Positions 10,980 to 19,348 of a DNA stretch of 64,000 bases are shown here, one piece after another (within the stretch, counting starts at the first letter, position 1; each line of letters opens with the position of its first letter). Origin of the DNA: Methanotrichaceae archaeon (GTDB lineage: Archaea > Halobacteriota > Methanosarcinia > Methanotrichales > Methanotrichaceae); NCBI GenBank assembly GCA_963803145.1, contig CAWDLW010000027.1, forward strand, positions 1 to 64,000. The letters run 5' to 3'. A program made the position numbers and the translations under genes. Under the pieces are notes generated by a model. It was not told where the DNA came from. It saw only the letters and a list, made by a program, of their open reading frames with translations, and made no database searches.

Positions 10980-11913
10980 GTGCTTGATATGACTACTAGC
11001 TTGGCATCTTACCGCCGCTGTATTGAGCGTGCCAACTCGACATGGCCAATCTTTCTCAAAAAGAGAGATGAGAGGTTAGTCCAGCATAAAAGGCATGGTA
11101 CTGCGGCGGAAAAGGTAGCAGAGAATATCCTGGAGGACCTTTTCACAGAGGTACTTGATTGGTCCGTCTCAGATATCAATAATCAGGTGGATTACGCAGA
11201 CCTGCTTCTTACCCGCCTGGGCATAAAGTATCTTCTGGTTGAGGTAAAACGCCCTGGTTCTCTAGCATGGAACAGACGCGCAGTTGAAGCGGCCTTGGAT
11301 CAGGCATCGAGATATGCAGCCGAACAGAAAGTGAAGTGCATTGCCGTAAGCGATGGCATGATGCTTTACGCTGCAAACATCGAGCATGGTGGATTAAAAG
11401 ATAGAGTCTTCTTATCTCTTGAATCCTCCGAGCCTTTGGAAGCTTTGTGGTGGCTCAGCGTTCATGGAATCTACAGGCCCAGAGATGATCATGAGGATGC
11501 AAGCCTGCGTTTGCTTCCTGATGTTCCAGAGGAGACAGGCTCACAAGAGTGCTCGCCGGATGATGCACTTTTGCATCCAAAATATAAGGTTCCGGCTAGA
11601 TGCTTTGCATATGTTGGCGATGCTGGAGACACCCGCACTTGGAAGCTGCCGTACTGTAACCTTGATGGAAGCGTAGATGTTAAACGTCTCCCGAAGGCGA
11701 TCCAAGCAATCCTTAGCAATTACCGTGGTGCCAACGTATCTAGATCCAGTATTCCTGAGGAGGCTATACCAGATGTTCTGGTAAGATTAGGATGCGCTGC
11801 ATCTCGTATGGGCAGGATGCCTGGGCAATCTGGAGAAGCTGCGCCGGTATATCAGCAATTGGCGGAGGCCCCTCGAGCAATTTGGACGATTGGATAAAGT
11901 TATAGGTAAATAA
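10980..11913 (+). CDS. HsdR_N-like PD-(D/E)XK nuclease with extra C-terminal domain; +1 frameshift at the extreme 3' end
   Basis: YADLLL...LVEVKRP...ALDQASRYA...AVSDG; the duplicate at 17.7 kb shows the intact ending AEALEQFGRLDEVIGK; extra C in run 11869-11872. Confidence 0.7.
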
Positions 11914-11982
11914 GCATTTTACAGCCATAGATTCCAGTAGAAAATGATAGAAACTGCATCCAAAGCCCGTCAAACAGAGCAC

Positions 11983-13860
11983 CTATGAATAACTCAGCTC
12001 TTCTTTCTGGCTTTTGCTCAGCAAAAGGTTGATCCCTTTCGTATCATTATTGCTATCACTCCTTCTCGAGCTTTCCATTCCCTGAGTTACGCAAAGATCG
12101 GAGAATCTTCCGTTCAATGCCAATAGGTCATTCCAGCTGCCATGTTCAGCTATTTTGCCCATCTCAAGGACGTAGATCGTATCGGCACTTCTAAGTGTAG
12201 AGAGGCGATGGGTTATGATGAATGTGGTAAGCCTTCCCCGAAGGCCCTCGACTGCAGCCTGAATGCGCTTCTCGCTTTCTGAGTCAAGGTTGCTTGTGGC
12301 CTCGTCAAGTATGAGCAGTGAGGGCTTGCGCAATATGGCACGAGCCAGGGCAATACGCTGCCGTTCGCCGCCGGACAAACGTACGCCTCTGTCTCCAAGC
12401 AGCGTATCTAATCCTTCCGGCATACTTGATACAAACTCCTCTGCTGCTGCCAACCTCAGAGCCTCCATCATCTCTTCCTCTGAGGCTCCGGGGCAGGCCC
12501 ATGAGAGATTAGCTCTCACAGTATCGTTGAAAAGGAACGTGTCCTGAGATACATAGCCGATAAGTCTTCGCCAGGCTCTGATTTTCTCCGGGATGATCGC
12601 CTCGCCATCCACCAGTATTGAGCCTTTGGTCGGTCTTATAAGTCCCATCAGAAGGTCTGCCACAGTGCTTTTACCCGAGCCAGATGGCCCGACCAAGCCA
12701 ACGGTCTGGCCAACAGGAACATTTAGGTCTATGCCAGTTAGCACCTTCGTCTTATCATAGCCGAAGCAGACATCTTTGAACTCTATAGACCTATCCAAAC
12801 TAATTCTCTCTTCATGATTGGTCTTGACCTCTGCCTTTTCCTCCATATCCTTCACTGTCTCTTCAAGCGCCGAGAACGCAGGCAGGAGAGTTATGAACCT
12901 TTGGTAGCTCCCTTGAATTGTCGAGAACTTGGGCATGAGCCTTGCGAACAAAAAAAGAAGCACAAGCATAGACGTCAGAGGTACATCGAAGACCTTGAGG
13001 GATACGTAGAGTATGAAGCTTAAGGCTATTACTGAACCTATCTCGTATAGGTTTTCAACTAGGGCGTACTCGCGGGAGACCTCGATGTTTCCCTGGCCTA
13101 TCTTTTCTGCCTGGTATGAGAAAATTTCAGCATTCCTCTCCTCTGCGCTATAGCTCTTGGTGGTCTTCATAGCTGCCATATGCTCAAGAGCCGAGGCATA
13201 TAGAGCCTTGTTAGACTGGAAGATCTTGCGGCCAGTGGTCCTGGATCGCTCTGTATGTCCTTTGAGCGAATATACAAGGCAGCTGCCCGATATCAAAACC
13301 AGAAGTGTCGCATAGATTGAGATGCGTAGTGCGAGGACCAGATAGACCAGTGCTACAACTATATTGACCACGAGGTACAGGACCTGATAGGTTCCATACC
13401 CTACTCTATCTGTCTCCTGCATCAGCAGCTGGGCTAAGTCAGAGGATCTGCTTTTGGATAAGTAAAGATAATCGGCGTTAGCTAGAGCTCTATAGAACCT
13501 CTCTCTAAGGTGCATGATAAAATTATGCTGGATATATGAGCTGGTGTTTGATTGCAAACGATTAAGCGCTGACTGCAGGCTGACCATTGCGATGTATAGA
13601 ATCAGCACAGATTCGAGCGTAGGCTTGATGTTGAGAGCTGAAAAAGCACAAGCAATAGCTCCCGCAATCTGGCCAAGGTTTCCCTGCTGGACGTCGAAGC
13701 CGACGATCTGAAGCATAGGGATTAAAAGAAGTAAGCTTGCGCCCTCTGAGATTGCCATAAATATCATCAGTCCCACGACCAGAGCTACCTGGTAAGGCAT
13801 GTCCTTGGCCAAAGACCGGGTGTAGTTTAGAAACGGATTATTCAAATCTAGCTTAACCAC
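11983..13860 (-). CDS. ABC exporter, fused TMD-NBD
   Basis: Multiple N-terminal TM helices, GPSGSGKS, LSGGERQR, LILDEATS, ITH. Confidence 0.93.
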   Translation of the reverse strand: MVKLDLNNPFLNYTRSLAKDMPYQVALVVGLMIFMAISEGASLLLLIPMLQIVGFDVQQGNLGQIAGAIACAFSALNIKPTLESVLILYIAMVSLQSALNRLQSNTSSYIQHNFIMHLRERFYRALANADYLYLSKSRSSDLAQLLMQETDRVGYGTYQVLYLVVNIVVALVYLVLALRISIYATLLVLISGSCLVYSLKGHTERSRTTGRKIFQSNKALYASALEHMAAMKTTKSYSAEERNAEIFSYQAEKIGQGNIEVSREYALVENLYEIGSVIALSFILYVSLKVFDVPLTSMLVLLFLFARLMPKFSTIQGSYQRFITLLPAFSALEETVKDMEEKAEVKTNHEERISLDRSIEFKDVCFGYDKTKVLTGIDLNVPVGQTVGLVGPSGSGKSTVADLLMGLIRPTKGSILVDGEAIIPEKIRAWRRLIGYVSQDTFLFNDTVRANLSWACPGASEEEMMEALRLAAAEEFVSSMPEGLDTLLGDRGVRLSGGERQRIALARAILRKPSLLILDEATSNLDSESEKRIQAAVEGLRGRLTTFIITHRLSTLRSADTIYVLEMGKIAEHGSWNDLLALNGRFSDLCVTQGMESSRRSDSNNDTKGINLLLSKSQKEELSYS

Positions 13861-14014
13861 TTCTTAATCTTTGATGCATACCTGTTTATGAGCTTTTGCT
13901 GATGCAATTAAATTGAAAAGCGAGAGCAGCGGATATAAGGCTGATCAGTTAATTCACGAACGTAAATTCTAGAACCACTCTGATTTCGCATTCTGGGCTA
14001 CCATTAATTTAAGA

Positions 14015-14041
14015 GACTATACTTTCTTCTGGGGCTAAAAC
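14015..14041 (+). repeat. Left part of a REP-like repeat interrupted by IS110
   Basis: gactatactttcttctggggctaaaac resembles the reverse complement of about 18933-18959. Confidence 0.75.
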
Positions 14042-14109
14042 GCCCATGATCCTTAAGGGTCATACGTGGCGGATGAAAAACCTCACATTCATGGCCAACT
14101 ATGTTTAGT

Positions 14110-14262
14110 CTGATATGGGCAGTGAAGGCAGCTTTAATTTTGAGATCATGATCTCGCGGCTAAAACTGGCCAATAATCCCGCGAATACGGGGCTGCGTCG
14201 TTGAACGCGTATGGGAAATTGCCCCTTATGAGGGTTTAATCTTAATCATCTGCCCATATCAG
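14110..14262 (+). ncRNA. Putative bridge/seek RNA of the IS110
   Basis: 13-bp closing stem ctgatatgggcag/ctgcccatatcag, internal stems, target-matching ggctaaaact and donor-matching atgggaaa. Confidence 0.7.
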
Positions 14263-14275
14263 GATAGCGACATAT

Positions 14276-15535
14276 ATGGGCAAACGAAGAGATAGAGTTT
14301 GCGGAGCAGATGTCCATAAAGATCTCATAGTAGCCACGATCGAAGATGCAGATGGGACTGAAATCCAGGAACAGTTTGGCACGACTCGTTCTGAGCTAGA
14401 GAGATTCAGGAATTGGCTCATAGCCAATAATTGCGAGCAAGTAGCATTCGAAGCTACAGGTGTTTACTGGTTTCCAGTATACGATTGCCTGAGTCCCTCT
14501 ATTGATACAATTGTAGCAAATCCATGGATGGTCAAAGGACTTGTAGGGGATAAGTCGGATTCTCATGACGCTAAGAGGATTGCAGGTAACTGCTTGGATG
14601 GCAAAATCAAGAGATCAAGAGTCTTTTCCAATGAGGATAGAGCCCTCAGAATGATGACCCGTGCCAGATCAGGATATATAAAGACTCAAACTCAACTTAG
14701 AAACAGAGTTCATAAGTATCTAGCACTTTGCGGCATAAAGCTGAGTTCTTGTATTTCAGACATCTTTGGTAAATCAGGCAGGATTATCTTGGACGGCCTG
14801 GTTGAAGGCAAGGATGCAGACTCGATCCTGGACAGAATCACTTCAAAGAAGATCAAGAAAAAGCGAGACGTCATCAAAGCGGCTCTTGCAAACGGTCTTG
14901 ATGATACTTCGAGAATGCTTGTTAAGGATAATCTAGAGCTCCTTGATCTTCTGAAAAAGAAGATAGATAAAACAAGTCTTGAAGTGCTTAGCAAATTTCA
15001 GAAAAGCGCTAAAGATCTGGCAATAGTTATGTCAATTCCAGGAATAAGTTTTAGATCAGGGTCGACCATCTTGGCAGAAATCGGTGACTATCACGATTTC
15101 CAAACCCCAGAACAAATCGCTAAATGGTGTGGATTGGTTCCTGGACTACACGAATCTGCAGGGAAAAAGAAGCAATGTGGTATTACGAAACAGGGGTCCA
15201 AGAGTCTCAGAACTATGCTTGTCGAGATAGCTCAAGTGATAGCTAAGATGAGAAATAACAAGAACAAGCTCTCAAGGTACTTCCATAGATTATCGGCCAG
15301 AAAGAGTTACAATGTAGCGATCACTGCTTTAGCACGGAAATTAATCACAATAATTTATCATCTGCTGATCAATCAAGAGCTATATCAAGAGAACAACTGC
15401 ACTACAGCTGCATCAAAACCAGTCAAAAGGGACCTCCTCTATCTATCAAAAGATGACCGATTAAAGGATGGAGTGGCTGCTATCGTAGACGCCTTTTATC
15501 ACTTGAAGAATAGACATTCGGTAGGGGGTGGATAG
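14276..15535 (+). CDS. IS110 family recombinase/transposase
   Basis: DEDD RuvC-like motifs GADVHK, FEATGVYW, KSDSHDA; C-terminal GLVP..ESAGK serine loop, ALARKL. Confidence 0.95.
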   Translation: MGKRRDRVCGADVHKDLIVATIEDADGTEIQEQFGTTRSELERFRNWLIANNCEQVAFEATGVYWFPVYDCLSPSIDTIVANPWMVKGLVGDKSDSHDAKRIAGNCLDGKIKRSRVFSNEDRALRMMTRARSGYIKTQTQLRNRVHKYLALCGIKLSSCISDIFGKSGRIILDGLVEGKDADSILDRITSKKIKKKRDVIKAALANGLDDTSRMLVKDNLELLDLLKKKIDKTSLEVLSKFQKSAKDLAIVMSIPGISFRSGSTILAEIGDYHDFQTPEQIAKWCGLVPGLHESAGKKKQCGITKQGSKSLRTMLVEIAQVIAKMRNNKNKLSRYFHRLSARKSYNVAITALARKLITIIYHLLINQELYQENNCTTAASKPVKRDLLYLSKDDRLKDGVAAIVDAFYHLKNRHSVGGG

Positions 15536-15577
15536 CACCCCATTTCTTTTAATTGATGAAGGTTTTTCATGGGAAAC

Positions 15578-15645
15578 TAATGGCCTTCTAGCGCGCTCAG
15601 TCGCCGCGCGGGCTACCCCTAACCCCTCGCTGGGGGAAGATTTTG
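15578..15645 (+). repeat. Right part of the REP-like repeat interrupted by IS110
   Basis: ctagcgcgctcagtcgccgcgcgggct is the exact reverse complement of 18895-18921. Confidence 0.85.
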
Positions 15646-15711
15646 GAAAACGCATGAGATAAGGTTGAAGAGGATATGATTAACGATTCCTTCTATTTGT
15701 AATGTCGGAAG

Positions 15712-15982
15712 CTTCATGCCCAGGAACCCTTGGGTACTGCAGCCCTGGGAAGCGGCCTTCTTTGACGATTGCATCTCCGTGGCATACTCCGCAGGCTTCT
15801 ACTTTGATGAGAACTTCGTTTTCTTTTGGCTTTGGAGATTTCTTTTTGGACCAGCTCAAAGTCGCCGCCTGGTGAACTTACTTGGACTACGTTCATCAAT
15901 GGCATGATGTATATCTTTCGTCTCTCAACTTAAATAGACGTATGCGTTCTGAAAATTATTTTGGATTCTCAAATGGATGCTC
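15712..15982 (-). pseudogene. Duplicated 5' fragment of adh plus its upstream region
   Basis: Near-identical to 9245-9514; frameshifted and truncated at GHE. Confidence 0.9.
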
Positions 15983-16107
15983 TATCCGAAACTTCGGCAT
16001 ATTACTTAGAGGAACATTAAATCCAGTCAGATAAAGGTATGCCAAGGAGTCTACAATAAGATAGAAATAAATAACTTGGAAATGGATCAGCTTTGAGGAG
16101 ATGGTGA

Positions 16108-16431
16108 TTGATGGGGCTTACCTCAATACTAATTATAGAAGAACTTGGAAATGATAAGTATGTTCTAAAATGTGCATGCTGCAACGGCTCTGGGAAAATG
16201 TCGAGAGATCACGATGGCAGATCTCCCTATGAGATATGTTCTGTTTGTAGGGGCAGAGGAATCGTTTTAGTAGAAATTAATGGGAATCTTCCTTTTGTAA
16301 AATGTGCATGCTGTAATAGTTCTGGGGAAATGTCAAGAGATCACGATGGCAGAAGCCCATACACTATATGCAAAGTATGTGATGGCGTAGGTGCTGTACC
16401 AATTACAGGATCTATGAAGCTTATAAAATAA
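16108..16431 (+). CDS. Small DnaJ-type zinc-finger protein with internal duplication
   Basis: Four CxxCx(G/S)xG motifs; two copies of KCACCNxSGxMSRDHDGRSPYxIC. Confidence 0.8.
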   Translation: MMGLTSILIIEELGNDKYVLKCACCNGSGKMSRDHDGRSPYEICSVCRGRGIVLVEINGNLPFVKCACCNSSGEMSRDHDGRSPYTICKVCDGVGAVPITGSMKLIK

Positions 16432-16710
16432 ATATTTCTATGTTTTAACCTTATTCTCAATCAAGCATCTACGACAGAAGAGAAATGACTACGTACTAAA
16501 AATTATGACGATAGGATCGAATCAAAGAATCAAGTATTTGGAGGAGATATCCTCCAAGATAGACTATACCCACTCAGGATGCCCTCTCTAGTAGGGCTAT
16601 TTGGTCAGACGTATTTTAGACACCTAACACAACAGGTAGTACTCTCCTTGTTATTCGACTGAAACAAACCTTTAATCTTCAGAAGATAAACTAGCAGTTA
16701 GGTCATAGTT

Positions 16711-17574
16711 ATGGTAAGCCAAACACCCAGAAAAGGACGAAAGATCGAAGGTTTTTTAGGATTTTTTGATGTATTAGGTTATAGCAAAATGATAAAATCA
16801 ATGAAGAATAACTTAGATGGTCTCATTGATATTTATACTAATACCTTGATGGATATTGATGATCTAGCTACATCTCTGGAAGGCAATAAAAAATTTTTAT
16901 TAACACCGATAGAAACAAAGTCGTTTGCTTTTTCAGATACACTTGTACTTTATCAAGACATGCCCAAAGGACATGTTGCGTTACAAACGTCAACAATCAT
17001 TGTTTTTCTAGCAGAAGTATGCTATTTATTACGTCTAGCATTTGAGCGAGGTATACCTCTTAGAGGAGCTGTAAGCTTTGGAGAATATTATATTCAAGAA
17101 GATAAAGGTTGTTTCCTTGGCTATCCTGTAATAGAAGCACACAAAATGGAATCGAAGCAAAAATGGTCTGGTGCAACTCTTTGCAAATCCGCTTGGGATA
17201 AATTGTATGCCTTACACAACGAATCAATGGAGACTCAAGGGGAGTGGAGAGGAATTGATCTAAGAGGACGCTTTAGTCCATTAAATAATCCACTTTGGGA
17301 AAAATATCCTATTCCTCATGAATCATCAAGTATTGATGGGATTGCTTTGTGCTGGCATGATGAGGTATTAGATTTCCTCCGCCTAGAAAAAATTCCTAGA
17401 ATTAAAAAACATGAATTGGAGAACGTTGGGCAGTTTGTCGGAGAAAAATTTAGGCAACATGGAAAAAATATAGATAGTGATGATGTTAAAATAAAAATTA
17501 AAAATACTGCGACATTTTTAGGTGATTTACAGATGCGGTACCTATTAAAGAGAAGTCTTTCTGGAGAATTATGA
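16711..17574 (+). CDS. Class III nucleotide-cyclase-like protein
   Basis: FFDVLGY, FSDT, PLRGAVSFGE, LGYPVIEAHKME motifs; AT-rich. Confidence 0.65.
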   Translation: MVSQTPRKGRKIEGFLGFFDVLGYSKMIKSMKNNLDGLIDIYTNTLMDIDDLATSLEGNKKFLLTPIETKSFAFSDTLVLYQDMPKGHVALQTSTIIVFLAEVCYLLRLAFERGIPLRGAVSFGEYYIQEDKGCFLGYPVIEAHKMESKQKWSGATLCKSAWDKLYALHNESMETQGEWRGIDLRGRFSPLNNPLWEKYPIPHESSSIDGIALCWHDEVLDFLRLEKIPRIKKHELENVGQFVGEKFRQHGKNIDSDDVKIKIKNTATFLGDLQMRYLLKRSLSGEL

Positions 17575-17586
17575 AAAAGATCTTAG

Positions 17587-17815
17587 AGGCCTAGAGATGA
17601 TCAAGAGGATGCATGCCTGCGGTTGCTGCCAGTTAAATCCAGTATTCCTGAGGAAGCTATTCCAGACGTTCTGGTAAGATTTGGGGTGTGCTGCATAACG
17701 TATGGGCAAGATGCCTGGGCAATCTGGAGAAGCTGCACCGGTATATCAGCAATTGGCGGAGGCCCTTGAGCAATTTGGACGATTGGATGAAGTTATAGGT
17801 AAATGAACATTATAG
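17587..17815 (+). pseudogene. Internally deleted 3' duplicate of the 10980 nuclease gene
   Basis: Matches about 11475-11520 joined to about 11742-11920; contains stop and frameshift. Confidence 0.88.
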
Positions 17816-18141
17816 TAGAAATATTGTGGGCCAGGTAATTAAATTCCTTAACGAACACTAGCCACCATTCTACTTGAACTTATGCGAAAATCTGCGCCCA
17901 AAAAAGGCATGCGAAGACGAAGTATGAACTGGGTGGATGATTGGTGGGCAGAAGCATATTATTTGGCAGATTCGAAGAGGCATGATCTATATAGGAACTG
18001 CTCAGGATTGTTGTAGCTCTTGTTCATCAACGCAGATTAGCAGACTACGGAAGATAGCTTGGGATTTGAAGAGGAAAAGGAGTAAATAGCTTCCGCTAGT
18101 CACAGTGAAACTGCACTGTAGTCGCGAGCTACAATGCAGGA

Positions 18142-18312
18142 TTAGTTAATGACTAGGGCCCTCAGAGGGTTCTGGTCTTCATCCTTTACTAAAACCGCAG
18201 TTATACTGACAATGGCTTTTTTATTTAAAATGCCTAATGCTTTCCGCATTGCTATAGGCATTAGCATTCTGCCCCTTTCATCCACCTCTATTAGCGATGT
18301 TACTTCGCGCAT
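18142..18312 (-). CDS. AbrB/MazE/SpoVT-family small DNA-binding protein (56 aa, absent from ORF track)
   Basis: MREVTSLIEVDERGRMLMPIAMRKALGI..; downstream hairpin at 18112-18138. Confidence 0.75.
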   Translation of the reverse strand: MREVTSLIEVDERGRMLMPIAMRKALGILNKKAIVSITAVLVKDEDQNPLRALVIN

Positions 18313-18551
18313 ATGCTAAAGCATTTTGAATTCTAGGTTTAAATATCTTTCCATTATTTACCATATATTGCCGTAAATTAGGAAAGATTCATATACTGTG
18401 TGGTATCATAAGCCAATAGATAAGTTAAGACGGCGGCTGCAATTCACACCCTCGTACCAGAAGCCAGCCAGATACACCTGAGCTCCAGCAAGCATCCAGC
18501 CGAAACCAAGATCGATCTGCTGGCTCAACCGCCGTTATCGGGAGGCTTGAA

Positions 18552-18686
18552 ATGACAACAAAAGAGGAAGTTGTGCAAAGAATAGAGAGCATCGATGAAA
18601 TCACTACGATCTTAAACAGCATAAGAAGAAGCGAGATGGCCGAGCTGGAGGAGATTGAGGACGCGAAAGACCGGCTTGAAACATAA
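18552..18686 (+). CDS. 44-aa helical hypothetical protein (absent from ORF track)
   Basis: GGAGG RBS at 18541; MTTKEEVVQRIESIDEITTILNSIRRSEMAELEEIEDAKDRLET. Confidence 0.45.
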   Translation: MTTKEEVVQRIESIDEITTILNSIRRSEMAELEEIEDAKDRLET

Positions 18687-18869
18687 TGGCTGCCTCAGTG
18701 GCGAAAAGTAATTGACCCAGCTATTAAGCAAAAGACGAATTATTAACCACAAAGGCACGAAGTTCACGAAGAACGCACAAAGGCAAACGATTTTGGTTGG
18801 GGCAAAGGAACATAGCTGGATGGATTCCTTCTATTCCCCATCAACCTTATCGCCCAAGTCTTTGGAAGC

Positions 18870-18960
18870 CTTCCCCCGCAGAGGGGTTAGGGGCAGCCCG
18901 CGCGGCGACTGAGCGCGCTAGTAAAACCGTTAGTGCTAGCGCCAGAAGAAAGTTCAGTCT
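18870..18960 (-). repeat. Intact REP/MITE-like repeat (empty IS110 site homologue)
   Basis: GC-rich cttcccccgcagaggggttaggggcagcccgcgcggcgactgagcgcgctag..; inverted copy split at 14041/15578. Confidence 0.85.
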
Positions 18961-19033
18961 TAGGAGGTAAAAGCAGCCTCAAGATTGAAATGAACTATAT
19001 AAATGCATGCGGAGAAAGTTCAAGTATTTGATA

Positions 19034-19205
19034 CTGTAGTTTCCAAGTTTTTGGTTTTTGCTACTTAATAGGAATAGCAGATGGATATGATATTACGTGT
19101 CTATAAATAAATATTACAAAGGGGACAGGTTTTCTTACACATTTGTGAAAAGACTAAAATCTATATATAAAGATGGCGATCAGATGAAAAACTTGGAAAC
19201 TACAG
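19034..19205. mobile_element. 172-bp MITE, copy 1
   Basis: 19-bp TIR ctgtagtttccaagttttt; 9-bp TSD tatttgata; no difference seen from 50003-50174. Confidence 0.93.
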
Positions 19206-19348
19206 TATTTGATATTAAGATATTATAAATAACCAATTATAACAGTTCGAATTACTATTTATTGAAAGCCATTGCATTATCTTTTTAACAAATCTCAATG
19301 AAAGAGATCTCTAACACCCGAACGCAGAAACTTCACATGAATTTACGA

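Larger units (their letters stand above)
14038..15577 (+). mobile_element. IS110-family insertion sequence
   Basis: Core aaac at both ends (14038-14041, 15574-15577); short subterminal IR cccatga/tcatggg; removing it rejoins the repeat seen intact at 18870-18960. Confidence 0.88.

Noticed and set aside
9500-17600. Integron cassette array
   Set aside because: No recurring attC-like site between cargo genes and no IntI-type integrase
18712-18912. 66-aa ORF
   Set aside because: Made of a short cac(g/a)aag repeat and the REP-like element; not gene-like
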